From positions 18,611-82,610 of the forward strand of contig CAZUJW010000004.1 of NCBI GenBank assembly GCA_964620655.1: a stretch of DNA of 64,000 nucleotides, read 5' to 3'. Origin of the DNA: an uncultured Christensenella sp. (lineage in GTDB: Bacteria; Bacillota; Clostridia; Christensenellales; DTU072). The translations under genes and the position numbers were made by a program. The notes under the pieces were generated by a model. The model did no database searches and was not told where the DNA came from. It was given only the letters and a program-made list of their open reading frames with translations. Positions 36,428 through 46,013 of the stretch are shown piece after piece. Within the stretch, counting starts at the first letter, position 1; every line of letters begins with the position of its first letter.

Positions 36428-39400
36428 ATGAAAAAAGCGAAATCGATATTATTGTCGGCGATATTTTTGCCGATAGTCGCAGCGGCTTTGTTTTTGACTG
36501 CTTGCAGCAGCAGCGGCAGCAGCGACGGCAGCAGCAAAACCGTGACCCTGTTCTTCAATACGTCGGGCGGCAGCGAAGTAGCGACGATGGTTCTTTCCGA
36601 AAAAGACTCGCTACAGACGACGCAACCGACAAAAGAAGGGTATACCTTTGCAGGTTGGTATCTTGACGAAGAATACAGCGTACCGCTTACTCTCGGAGCA
36701 ATCGACTTCACGTCTTCTTCCGTCTCGGCTTATGCCAAATGGGATAAAAAGTCATATACCGTGACTTTCGATTCGCAGGGCGGAAGTGTGGTTGGTCCTC
36801 AGACCGTATTGTACGGAGACCACGCTACGGAAGCGGTTGCCACGAAAAACGGCTTTGACTTAGGCGGTTGGTTTACCGATGCGAATTGCTCGTCAAAATA
36901 CGATTTCGAAAGCATTGTCGTTTCCGACCTTATTTTGTATGCCAAATGGCTCCCGAAAAAAGCCATCGTCAATTACGTAACCAACGGCGGCGACAGCATA
37001 GACTCGGCAGAATATTCTATCGGCGATATGATAAAACTTCCCTCCGCGACAAGAGAGAATTACGATTTGGAAGGATGGTACGAAGAAGAAGAGCTTGTCG
37101 CCAAGGCGGGGAACGCGGGGACGCAAGTGAAGCTCGAAGCGGGCGAAACGACGTACTACGCTAAATGGACTCCGCATAAGTTTACGATAAATTTCGATTC
37201 GAACGGAGGTTCGGATGTCCAACAACAGACTTACGACTACGGCGATGCCGTTTCTCTCCCGAAAAACGTAACCAAGGACAATTACGAGTTTGTCGCCTGG
37301 TGTACCGACAAAGAGTGTCAAAACGAAGTCGACTTCTCGGTAGAATTTTCAAAAGAAACGTATCTCTATGCCAAATACGCCGCAAAAAAACATACTTTTT
37401 CGTTTGACGTTATGGGCGGAAACGAAGAGATCTCCCCTTATACCGCAAGGTGGGACGACGTCGATTTGCCGTCGCCCACAAAAACGGGTTGTACCTTCGT
37501 CGGGTGGTATTGCGCCGATGCCGACAATGTATACGCTGCCGAATTTGACAAAGAGCAGTACGCCGCCGACAAGGGAGCTGCGGGAGACCTTACCCTTTAC
37601 GCAAAATGGGACGCCAACGAGTATACCGTGTCCTTCCATACGTTCTCTTCCGCAAAAGTCGACAGTATTACAGGAAAATACGGAGACGTTATTCAAAAAC
37701 CCGCCGATCCGATAGACGACGGCAGTATCTTTGCCGGTTGGTACACAACGCCGATGCGTTACGACGAAGATAAGTACACTTTTGACGAAAACCCCACTAT
37801 ACCGGAAAACGGGCTGGAACTCTACGCGAAGTGGGATTTGAAGACGTGGACGATAACGTTAAAGTACAAAAAAATCAACGCTTCCGGAAACGAAGTAGAA
37901 TCGGGCGATATTAACGACGTGAGTTGCACAAGCAATTATAGCTCGTTCTGGTTGGATAATTTCGACACCCAATTTAATTCCGGCGTCGGAAAAACATTCA
38001 TCGAGAATTTAGGAGATTACAATTCGATACGAATCTTAGACGAAGCCGACAAGGAAATCGGCGACGTATGTCTTTTTGCCGACGAAACAATATTCATGGG
38101 CGCTGCATCCCTGCCGACAACGTTCGGCGATTACGATTATACGTTGACGCTCGTTTGTAGTCCATCGGAAAAGACGGTGACTATCAATCTCGATGAAGAA
38201 GGGAATGACAAGTTGGTTTATAAATTGAAAATCGATACAAACATCGGCGACTTTCTGTACTCGGACGAAGTCAAAGACGCTATCGAACGCAAGGTGGGAA
38301 AAGAACTATACGCCTACGCATATGAAGGAATAATTCCTCTGCGTACACAGCTGGGCGAGATACAAGGGGACGTTACGGTCGAAGCCGTTTACTATAAAGT
38401 AACGTTGACGCTACGCGTTTCTAACGTAATGCACGTTCAGGACGAAAGAGACGACAGCCCGGGCGAAGTATCCTACTCCACGGAGACGGTCGTTTTGTCC
38501 CGCGATAGTATCAATCCGACTGCTCTCGCCGCGCGTTTTAACGACGTATATTACCAAAATCACAAAAACGCCGATTTTAAGGGAGTGTTTATAACGGGCA
38601 CGGAGACGATGATAATCGATGAGAACGGAAATCTCTGCGATAGCGGGTTTTTTGACATTCTCCCCGATGAAATAGAGGCGGATTGCGCTTACGGATATGA
38701 AAATATCGATTACGAAGAGTTCGGATCGGGCTATATCGTCACGAAGATAGGCGACTTCGATAAATACTATACTCATTTGGTGTTAGACGAATACCGCGGG
38801 CAACCTATTGTAGGAATCGCCGCCAATGCGGCAAGCTCAAGCGTAAAAACGGACTATACGATATATGCGCCCAACGTCGTATTTATCGGAGACAGTGCAT
38901 TCCGGGGCAGCTTTATTAAGGCTTTTTTGTATGGGAAAAAGGTATCGAAAATCGGAGCGCACGCTTTTGACGGTTCGCGTTTGGAAACAGGCGTATTCGA
39001 AGGCACAAATCTCGTAATAGGAACCAACGCTTTTGCCAACTGTACAAAACTCAAAGAACTGACGTTAAGTCAAGTTTCCGAACTCGGCGCCGTACCTTTC
39101 GTAGGGTGTTCCGAATTGACAACGGTACACGCCGACAAAAACGCTCCTCTCAAAAAAATCTGTGCGAGCGCCTTCCAGGATTGTAAAAAACTCGTCACTT
39201 GCGACCTGCTTACGATAAGCGGTTTGGAGACGGTCGGCAATTATGCCTTCAAAGGTTGTTCTGCGATGACGACGGAGGTTACCGTCGCTCTGAAAGAAAT
39301 AGGAATAAGAGCGTTTGAAGGATGCGAGAAAATAACGAAAGTCGCGTTGACAGCTTCGCTCAAAAAACTCGGTATGGGAGCATTTGCAAGCTGTACCGGT

Positions 39401-39583
39401 TTACAGACGGTTTCTATGGTGGCTGTCGCAAACCAAGCCGTCGACGCAGCGATATTCATAGGCAGCGGAACCGGCTTTACTATAGATATACTCGACGCGG
39501 GCAATTATATAAAAAAATGGAACAAAGATTGGAACTTTTCGGGAAGCGCGGCTTCCGTCAAATATTCCACACGGACGAAATAG
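36428..39583 (+). CDS. Surface lipoprotein with six Listeria-Bacteroides (InlB B-repeat/Flg_new) repeats and C-terminal BspA-type leucine-rich repeats
   Basis: The start MKKAKSILLSAIFLPIVAAALFLTACSS contains a lipobox. Six units carry the G[YF]xFxGW[YF] ... YAKW pattern (GYTFAGWY, GFDLGGWF, NYDLEGWY, NYEFVAWC, GCTFVGWY, GSIFAGWY) at about 36540-37850. The C-terminal IGDSAFRGS, IGAHAFDGS, IGTNAFANCTKL, ICASAFQDCKKL, VGNYAFKGCSAM, IGIRAFEGCEKI and LGMGAFASCTGL are LRR_5/BspA-type repeats at about 38860-39450. The track start at 36299 adds a non-secretory leader. Confidence 0.88.
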   Translation: MKKAKSILLSAIFLPIVAAALFLTACSSSGSSDGSSKTVTLFFNTSGGSEVATMVLSEKDSLQTTQPTKEGYTFAGWYLDEEYSVPLTLGAIDFTSSSVSAYAKWDKKSYTVTFDSQGGSVVGPQTVLYGDHATEAVATKNGFDLGGWFTDANCSSKYDFESIVVSDLILYAKWLPKKAIVNYVTNGGDSIDSAEYSIGDMIKLPSATRENYDLEGWYEEEELVAKAGNAGTQVKLEAGETTYYAKWTPHKFTINFDSNGGSDVQQQTYDYGDAVSLPKNVTKDNYEFVAWCTDKECQNEVDFSVEFSKETYLYAKYAAKKHTFSFDVMGGNEEISPYTARWDDVDLPSPTKTGCTFVGWYCADADNVYAAEFDKEQYAADKGAAGDLTLYAKWDANEYTVSFHTFSSAKVDSITGKYGDVIQKPADPIDDGSIFAGWYTTPMRYDEDKYTFDENPTIPENGLELYAKWDLKTWTITLKYKKINASGNEVESGDINDVSCTSNYSSFWLDNFDTQFNSGVGKTFIENLGDYNSIRILDEADKEIGDVCLFADETIFMGAASLPTTFGDYDYTLTLVCSPSEKTVTINLDEEGNDKLVYKLKIDTNIGDFLYSDEVKDAIERKVGKELYAYAYEGIIPLRTQLGEIQGDVTVEAVYYKVTLTLRVSNVMHVQDERDDSPGEVSYSTETVVLSRDSINPTALAARFNDVYYQNHKNADFKGVFITGTETMIIDENGNLCDSGFFDILPDEIEADCAYGYENIDYEEFGSGYIVTKIGDFDKYYTHLVLDEYRGQPIVGIAANAASSSVKTDYTIYAPNVVFIGDSAFRGSFIKAFLYGKKVSKIGAHAFDGSRLETGVFEGTNLVIGTNAFANCTKLKELTLSQVSELGAVPFVGCSELTTVHADKNAPLKKICASAFQDCKKLVTCDLLTISGLETVGNYAFKGCSAMTTEVTVALKEIGIRAFEGCEKITKVALTASLKKLGMGAFASCTGLQTVSMVAVANQAVDAAIFIGSGTGFTIDILDAGNYIKKWNKDWNFSGSAASVKYSTRTK

Positions 39584-39593
39584 GAGAATAGCC

Positions 39594-42500
39594 ATGAAAA
39601 AACATAGAAAAACAAGAAACGCATTACTGAGTATCGTTTTGATTGTCACGATTCTCGCACCGGCGGCCTTGACGATAGCCGGCTGTACTTCCGACAGTAA
39701 AGACGTATGGAAAGAATACTCCGAGGACAAAGAAAACAACTGTCTCTATGCGAAGTTGGGGGAAGACGCAGTACAAAAGAACGGCTCCACAGTGACCGTC
39801 ACGATAGGGCTTTCGGAATCTCTCGGCATAACTTTCGATAAAAAAATCACGACTTCGGACGTAATATTCGACAATTGCTCCGACGTTACGGTGACGGCTG
39901 TTCAGTGTCCGGACGACTACACCCTGACAATAACCGCCGAAGAAAAAACCGATTACGGAGAATATTACGTCGTAGTCAGCAAAGAACGCAATTCGGCTAA
40001 ACAATTTATTAACTTCTATTGGTTTTTGAGACCGACGACCGCAAGTTATTCCATCGTCTCTTCCGTAGAAACGGTAGGCTATCACGATAGCTCGTTCGAC
40101 GTCGTGTTGACCGCCCAAAACTTCACTTTCGACGAGAATATTTCGACGAGCGATATTTATTTCGGGGGAGTTTTCAAAGACAAGACCGTTTCTTCGCTTA
40201 CGAGAGTGGACGACAAGACGATTAAGTTGAGCGTAGACGGAAAAAATATCGTCGACAGATGCGATTTGGGCAATACCGGGTTTATTTACGTCGACGGAAC
40301 CGAACAATACAGTCTGTCCGGGCAAGAGGATTTGAGCGTGGAAATAGGGGTAGAAATACCGTCTATCGACGTCGTGAACTACGAAATAGGCGAAGGAATC
40401 ATTACATATTACGTCGAGACAAGTTATTGCGAATTTTTGCCGACGTTCGATTTTGCGGGGGTTGACGCGATAATCGCATACGATACCGGTACTCGCGCTC
40501 TCAGCAAAGAAGAAGAAACGATGTTCGACGCTTTCGGTGCGAACGGAATAGACGAAGAAAATTCCGCAGTAACTTCTTCCACCACCGCGAAAATAGTGGT
40601 TGATTTGCAAGAATATTCCGTAGCCGAACTGAAAGATATTCTGGATTACAGCTACTTTAAGTTCAGCACCGCCAACACTTCCGTAAAAGACGACGCGGCG
40701 GATTTGTATTTTTCTTCGTCCATGGCGATAAACGATCCGTCTATCGAAGTCGAATACGTATCCGTGTCCGAATCCAAGACAAACGCCGGCTATTACGCCG
40801 TCAATATGAGAATTAACGTGCTTAACGGTACTTTCGGCAGCGATACGGCGTTGACGACGGCGTATTTTGAAGGAGAATCGGGCGTAAAGGTTTTGAAAAA
40901 AACCAAAACGTACATGGACGTATGTCTGGTAGCCAAAGCCGAAGAAGGTACCGACGGCGATATCGACATTAAAGGAAGTTTGGTAATAAGCGACGTCATT
41001 AACGACTGGAAAGAAAAAATATCCGCTACGGCTTACGTCAATCTCTGCACCAACAACGTGTACGTCTCCGAGATAGAAAATTTCGGCGCCGCAGCCTCTG
41101 CCGCTACCGCCGTAAACGTTGTTTTTAACGCTCCCGGAAAAGCCGTCCTGCTCGCTTCGGACGAAAGCGGCGTAGTTGAAGAGTTGCTCGAAGTAGCAAC
41201 CGATCCTTCCGCTTGGGAAAAGGTAAAAACCTTCTTCTCCGACGTTGCGTTGCCGACGGTGGAAGGCAAACTCGACAGTCTTAACTCCTTTATCAAAGAG
41301 AATATAGGTTATGGCGAGATAGTCAAGAGTTTGTTGAGTTTCGCCGCGAAAAAAGCCGCCGAAGCCACCGAAGACGAGACTATAATAAATCTTGTCTACG
41401 ACTTGACGAGCGATATGTCTTACAGATTGGAAAAAATCCAAAAGACGCTCGACGAAATAAATCAAAAAGTGGACAATCTGCAAAAGTCCATAGACAAAAT
41501 GGCGGAGACGCAAGAGATAAGATCTTATTTGGAGTCTCTCAAAAAGTATTTGCTTGTCCTTAACGATTTGAATTATCTCACTTCGGGAAGCAGCGCGCTT
41601 GCTTCCACCTGGAATAAGATTCTTGCAAAAGAAGCGGAATGTTCCACTAAGGACGCATTGAAGGAAATGAGAGAAACCGCTGAATATAAAAAGCTCATAA
41701 GCGATTTTAATTTCTTAATTCAGACCAACAACATAGAAAGAGAACTTAACAAACTGTTTAACTATATTACCGGAGATTCCATGATAGAAGCTATACAGTC
41801 TATTTCGACCACGTTGACGAATTACATTCCGTATATCTACAATTGGAATTACGAAGCCTTCGCATTGAGAGAAAGCATCTGGATGAAGACGATTTCTACC
41901 ATTTCCTTATCCAGTAAGATGTTGCTTTATTATTACAAACTGAACGATCATACGAGCAGCATTTACGTCCTGTCCGAAAAGACGAACAGCGTAATTAAGT
42001 TCTTTTATTCCGACGACGACTCGTCCTATCCGACCGGTATTCTCGCCGATTTGGACAGAGAACAGTTTATTTGCGAAAAAGGCGTAGTGAAGAGCTATAT
42101 CAACAATAAGTTCTATTCCACGACCTTAAAGAGATTTTCCACCGAGGGCACCGACCAGAGAGCTCTCGCCGACAACTATTATACGACGCCGAAATACATA
42201 AACGGTTGTCCGACGGACGGAGCATTCACCGAAAAAGAATTCTTGAAGATGGAGGCTCGCGCAAAAACTATGGGATACGTCGGAATTTTGGACGAACTTC
42301 AAAAAGGTAACATCTTCAAAGCCGAAAACGGAACCTTCACTAATTCTTCCTCCAAACACTTCATTGAGCCAACTAGTCACACCTCCAGCGGCGTGGAAAA
42401 ATTGAGCGACGCGGAAAAAGCCAATATAAGAGCAAAAGTCGGATTCTTCGTATGCTCGGTGGCCTTGAAAGACCGTTTCCGCGCTCCTAAATATACTCCG

Positions 42501-42680
42501 TTCTGGCCGGAAAAGGAATATTTAGCCAACGTTATGTACAGCGGCGGCGAGACGGAAGACGTATATTTGAAAAATACGCGTATAGCCTACCTTGAATGGC
42601 ATGGTCGCGGGCTTAAGGCGTATCATAGTACCCACAACAGCGACACCGTGTACGCCTTCATCCTTGCATGGGAACAGTAA
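39594..42680 (+). CDS. Large orphan lipoprotein (1,028 aa): beta-sandwich-like N-terminal half, helical/coiled-coil middle, unassigned C-terminal domain
   Basis: GGAGAA lies 7 nt upstream of the ATG. The N-terminus MKKHRKTRNALLSIVLIVTILAPAALTIAGCTS contains a lipobox. The opposite-strand 629-aa ORF (39624-41513) is Arg/Phe/Val-rich antisense noise. Confidence 0.85.
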   Translation: MKKHRKTRNALLSIVLIVTILAPAALTIAGCTSDSKDVWKEYSEDKENNCLYAKLGEDAVQKNGSTVTVTIGLSESLGITFDKKITTSDVIFDNCSDVTVTAVQCPDDYTLTITAEEKTDYGEYYVVVSKERNSAKQFINFYWFLRPTTASYSIVSSVETVGYHDSSFDVVLTAQNFTFDENISTSDIYFGGVFKDKTVSSLTRVDDKTIKLSVDGKNIVDRCDLGNTGFIYVDGTEQYSLSGQEDLSVEIGVEIPSIDVVNYEIGEGIITYYVETSYCEFLPTFDFAGVDAIIAYDTGTRALSKEEETMFDAFGANGIDEENSAVTSSTTAKIVVDLQEYSVAELKDILDYSYFKFSTANTSVKDDAADLYFSSSMAINDPSIEVEYVSVSESKTNAGYYAVNMRINVLNGTFGSDTALTTAYFEGESGVKVLKKTKTYMDVCLVAKAEEGTDGDIDIKGSLVISDVINDWKEKISATAYVNLCTNNVYVSEIENFGAAASAATAVNVVFNAPGKAVLLASDESGVVEELLEVATDPSAWEKVKTFFSDVALPTVEGKLDSLNSFIKENIGYGEIVKSLLSFAAKKAAEATEDETIINLVYDLTSDMSYRLEKIQKTLDEINQKVDNLQKSIDKMAETQEIRSYLESLKKYLLVLNDLNYLTSGSSALASTWNKILAKEAECSTKDALKEMRETAEYKKLISDFNFLIQTNNIERELNKLFNYITGDSMIEAIQSISTTLTNYIPYIYNWNYEAFALRESIWMKTISTISLSSKMLLYYYKLNDHTSSIYVLSEKTNSVIKFFYSDDDSSYPTGILADLDREQFICEKGVVKSYINNKFYSTTLKRFSTEGTDQRALADNYYTTPKYINGCPTDGAFTEKEFLKMEARAKTMGYVGILDELQKGNIFKAENGTFTNSSSKHFIEPTSHTSSGVEKLSDAEKANIRAKVGFFVCSVALKDRFRAPKYTPFWPEKEYLANVMYSGGETEDVYLKNTRIAYLEWHGRGLKAYHSTHNSDTVYAFILAWEQ

Positions 42681-42731
42681 GCTGACAATAAAACGAATTT
42701 CGGCTAACGCCGAGCTAATTTACAGCAAGAT

Positions 42732-42766
42732 AAAGCAAAGTTCCGCCGTCGGCGGAACTTTGCTTT
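42732..42766 (+). terminator. Strong hairpin after the 1,028-aa lipoprotein gene (probable terminator)
   Basis: aaagcaaagttccgcc (42732-42747) pairs perfectly with ggcggaactttgcttt (42751-42766), a 16-bp stem. The T-tract is only partly present and is embedded in the 3' arm. Confidence 0.5.
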
Positions 42767-42821
42767 ATCGGGTTGTCATACCGCTAAAATTCTGCTTTTT
42801 ATATTCAAATTACAAAACCTA

Positions 42822-42850
42822 TTGAAAACCGTTAAATTTTTTAGTAAAAT
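42822..42850 (+). promoter_or_regulatory. Candidate promoter for the lipase gene
   Basis: TTGAAA (42822-42827), 17-nt spacer, TAAAAT (42845-42850). Confidence 0.45.
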
Positions 42851-42879
42851 TATTATATTATCGTTCGGGAGCAAAAAAG

Positions 42880-44256
42880 ATGAAAACTTCTACCGTATTA
42901 AAAAATATCGTGAAATCCGTTATTGTTATATTACTTATCGCAGTTTTGGGTTGCGTCACTTATTCGCTGATTTTCGGCAATGCGAAAAAACCTTGGGACG
43001 GCGTAAGTCTGCAATCCCACGAGAAAGGGGCGGTGTACGACTACAAATACTATAAAAGCCAGGTTAAGCACGATAAGGCTATGATACTTATACCGGGACT
43101 TATGGCGAGTTCTTTCTACAATGCGGAAACGGAAGAACCTATGTGGAGCGTAGCCGGTTTCGGCCATCTCGCAACCACGATGATATTAAAAGAGACTCTC
43201 GAAGAACGCAGCGAATACTTTGACTTCGTGGTAAACAGTCTTAAATGCGACGAAAACAACGTGCCGCTACTTAAAGAAAGAATAGCTACTATGAACGACG
43301 ACGAAAAGTACGCGACTTTCGGCGGAATGAAATACATTTACGATATGGTTTATCCTATCTACGGCGACCGTTACGACGTGGTGGTGTGGCAGTACGACTG
43401 GCGTCAGCACAACATGGGCAGTGCGGAAGAACTCGAAAAATTCATTAACTACAACGGTTGGAAAGAAGTTATGTTTTTCACCCACTCGATGGGCGGAATC
43501 GTCACCGCAAACTACCTTTCCCGCAGTGCGGAAAACAGAGCTAAAACAAAACTGTTTATGCCGTTTGGGTGTCCGTTCTTCGGGTCTATGGACGCCATAA
43601 ACAACCTTTTTGAAGAGGAGAATCCATCGGGGCTTATAGCCGATTTGTTCAAGAATGTCGGTTCTTACGCTAACCGCGATTTCGCTCTTACCGACGTAGC
43701 GAGAACCCTTGCGAGTATCTACGAACTTCTCAATTCGCCCGCTTTCGACTCCGCCTGGTACTTCGATAGCGACAGTCCTTACTACATAGGCGTAAACGGC
43801 TCTATCGGCAACGGCGAAAAGTATCTTAACAACGCCGAAATTTACGAGCTCGTATGTTCTTTCGACTGGGCTAGACGTGCCGACGGAAGTCTTATGCCTG
43901 CGGTAAACAACCTGCCCGCCTATTGGGCAAACCTTTACGTCGACGACGGAAAGGGCGGCAAAATCTTTGTAGCCGACGCAGTGCCGACCGAATTTATCGT
44001 AGGTATCGACGTGGACACCACGATAGCAGTCGAGATAAACGAAGACGGAAAGATAGTGAATAAAATTAAGTCCGCCTACGGCGACGGAACGGTGCCCGCT
44101 TACAGCGCGTCTGCGGGACACTCGCTCGACGACCCGAGAGTACACTTGGTCCGCGGAGTGGAACACGGACCTTTGGCTAACAATAACTTCCAGGCGACCG
44201 CCGATAAGTCGGGGCTTCAATACCTGCTCGGAATTCTGGAACAGTATATTAAATAA
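42880..44256 (+). CDS. Membrane-anchored LCAT-like (lecithin:cholesterol acyltransferase family) lipase/acyltransferase
   Basis: An N-terminal TM helix (VIVILLIAVLGCVTYSLIF) is followed by ILIPGLMAS, the nucleophile elbow FFTHSMGGIV (GxSxG-type HSMGG), a late YGDGTVPAYSA (Asp of the triad in the LCAT family) and VRGVEHGPL (His). Length is 458 aa. Confidence 0.7.
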   Translation: MKTSTVLKNIVKSVIVILLIAVLGCVTYSLIFGNAKKPWDGVSLQSHEKGAVYDYKYYKSQVKHDKAMILIPGLMASSFYNAETEEPMWSVAGFGHLATTMILKETLEERSEYFDFVVNSLKCDENNVPLLKERIATMNDDEKYATFGGMKYIYDMVYPIYGDRYDVVVWQYDWRQHNMGSAEELEKFINYNGWKEVMFFTHSMGGIVTANYLSRSAENRAKTKLFMPFGCPFFGSMDAINNLFEEENPSGLIADLFKNVGSYANRDFALTDVARTLASIYELLNSPAFDSAWYFDSDSPYYIGVNGSIGNGEKYLNNAEIYELVCSFDWARRADGSLMPAVNNLPAYWANLYVDDGKGGKIFVADAVPTEFIVGIDVDTTIAVEINEDGKIVNKIKSAYGDGTVPAYSASAGHSLDDPRVHLVRGVEHGPLANNNFQATADKSGLQYLLGILEQYIK

Positions 44257-44284
44257 CGAAAACTTTCTTTTTTAACTAAAATAT

Positions 44285-44315
44285 GTCTCTCGGAAACGGG
44301 AGACTTTCTTTTTTT
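44285..44315 (+). terminator. Rho-independent terminator after the lipase gene
   Basis: gtctctc (44285-44291) pairs with gggagac (44298-44304): 7 bp including one G-U pair. The loop is ggaaac, and tttcttttttt follows. Confidence 0.7.
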
Positions 44316-44366
44316 CGCAAAAAAATTACGGAGAAAAGGACGATAAAAATATTTGATGATTACGTA

Positions 44367-44395
44367 TTGAAATCCGCATAAACATTTGATATAAT
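44367..44395 (+). promoter_or_regulatory. Near-consensus promoter with extended -10 for the MBG-repeat gene pair
   Basis: TTGAAA (44367-44372), 17-nt spacer ending in TGa, TATAAT (44390-44395). AAGGAGAG at 44411-44418 precedes the TTG start at 44427. Confidence 0.6.
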
Positions 44396-44426
44396 ATAAT
44401 TACTTTTATAAAGGAGAGTTCTTGAC

Positions 44427-46013
44427 TTGAAAAAAGCAGTAATTCCGACGATTTTTTTAGTAGCCGCGGTTGCGCTGTGTCTTTTAGTCATTTTTTGTTC
44501 GACGGCGACTTCTTTCGCCGTTGCTTCGGATAAAGTTTCGTTCGTTTTCGACGAAACCGACGCCGTCGTTTTATTCGACGGTAAATCCGCCGCTATATAT
44601 TTCAAAAACTACCCCGACGTAAACTACGAATACAAATTTACTTTCAAAAATACCGCAGGCGAAACCTTTCCGTATCCGACGAAAAATCAATACGCCGTTC
44701 CCGCCGACGGGGAATACGAAACGGTGACGGTGACCGTCAAGCGTAAATCCGACGACGTTTACGAAGATTTTGAAACCGTTCTTTCGGAAACTTCGCCAAA
44801 CACCGACGTATCTCCCGCGCAAATCCCGGCGGGACAGAAAGTAACCTACGACGGAAGCGAATATTCTTACGATAACGTAACTTTTTATCAAGGTAGCGAC
44901 GAAGTCGTGCCCCTTAACGCAGGGCAATATATAGCCGAAATAAACTGCGGCAGTCCCTTCCGGATAGCCTTTACGGTGGAACAAGCCGCCGTCACGGCTA
45001 CATGCAGGAATTTATCCTACCGCTACGGCGAAACTCCCGCCGACAATGCCGAAATTCTTATAATCGGACAAGTCTCGGACGAAGATGCGGAAAATATAAA
45101 GAAAGACGTGACCGTAACTTTGCCTTACGGCGAAACGCCCCTTACCCCCGCCGACTACAAAATAACCGTAGCTTACGACGGCGAACCGTCGGATAACTAC
45201 GTCGTGAACACGAAAAACGGGACTTTGACGGTTCTTAAATGTGTTTTCCCCGCCGACGACTTTACCTTCGACGGCGAAAGCATTCTTTACGACGGCAAAG
45301 CTCACACTCTGTCTCCTGTCAAATACGACGAAGAAAAGTGGACGGGCGTGGAAATAAGCTATTCCGTCGACTCCGTAACCGACGAGGGCAAGTATGAAAT
45401 ATCCGCCACCGTAAAAAAGGAATATTACGAAGACTTGACTCTTACGGCTACTCTTCTCATAAAATCGACCTCTATAGAAAGTAACAATTTAGCCGATGCG
45501 GTGTCGATAAGCGGTTCGAAAAACGGTTTTGATCCGACGCTCGAGATAAGTCTGACCAAGACAGAAAACAACGTCATCTCCCAAAAAGCCGCCAAATTCC
45601 TTACGTCGGACAATTCTTATACCGAGATCGTCAAAGCCATATACAAAATCACCGCTATGGACGGGGCATACGAAACGACGCTCGTCGACGAAACCTGTCA
45701 GATATCGATTAAAGCCGACGGCATTTCGTCCGACGACGGAGTAAGGATATTTATTTACAGATACGATGACGATACCCTTACCGAAACCGAATACACTTTC
45801 GACAGTGGCGTCTTTACGATAGAAGGCAGTCCTTCAGACAGATACGTCTTCGTCTGCAAATCGGCGGTAACCGTCGACAACAGAGCCGTCGTTATTAACG
45901 CCGTCCTCGTCGGGATAGCTATAATAATAGTGCTTATAGTAATAATCAATGCCTTTACAGGAAGCGGAAAAGACAAGAAGCGTTGGCGTAAAAAACACAG
46001 CAGGTGGGTTTAA
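44427..46013 (+). CDS. Surface protein with MBG(YGX-type)-like repeats, N-terminal signal peptide and C-terminal TM anchor
   Basis: The gene uses a TTG start. The signal peptide is MKKAVIPTIFLVAAVALCLLVIFCSTATSFA. Repeat units include YRYGETP...ADYKITVAYDGEPSDNYVVNTKNGTLTVLK. The C-terminal helix AVVINAVLVGIAIIIVLIVIINAF is followed by a basic tail, KDKKRWRKKHSRWV. Confidence 0.75.
   Translation: MKKAVIPTIFLVAAVALCLLVIFCSTATSFAVASDKVSFVFDETDAVVLFDGKSAAIYFKNYPDVNYEYKFTFKNTAGETFPYPTKNQYAVPADGEYETVTVTVKRKSDDVYEDFETVLSETSPNTDVSPAQIPAGQKVTYDGSEYSYDNVTFYQGSDEVVPLNAGQYIAEINCGSPFRIAFTVEQAAVTATCRNLSYRYGETPADNAEILIIGQVSDEDAENIKKDVTVTLPYGETPLTPADYKITVAYDGEPSDNYVVNTKNGTLTVLKCVFPADDFTFDGESILYDGKAHTLSPVKYDEEKWTGVEISYSVDSVTDEGKYEISATVKKEYYEDLTLTATLLIKSTSIESNNLADAVSISGSKNGFDPTLEISLTKTENNVISQKAAKFLTSDNSYTEIVKAIYKITAMDGAYETTLVDETCQISIKADGISSDDGVRIFIYRYDDDTLTETEYTFDSGVFTIEGSPSDRYVFVCKSAVTVDNRAVVINAVLVGIAIIIVLIVIINAFTGSGKDKKRWRKKHSRWV

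Noticed and set aside
39624-41513. 629-aa minus-strand ORF opposite the 1,028-aa lipoprotein gene
   Set aside because: The translation is Arg/Phe/Tyr/Val-rich with no motifs. The plus-strand ORF has an RBS and a lipoprotein signal peptide, and it is longer.
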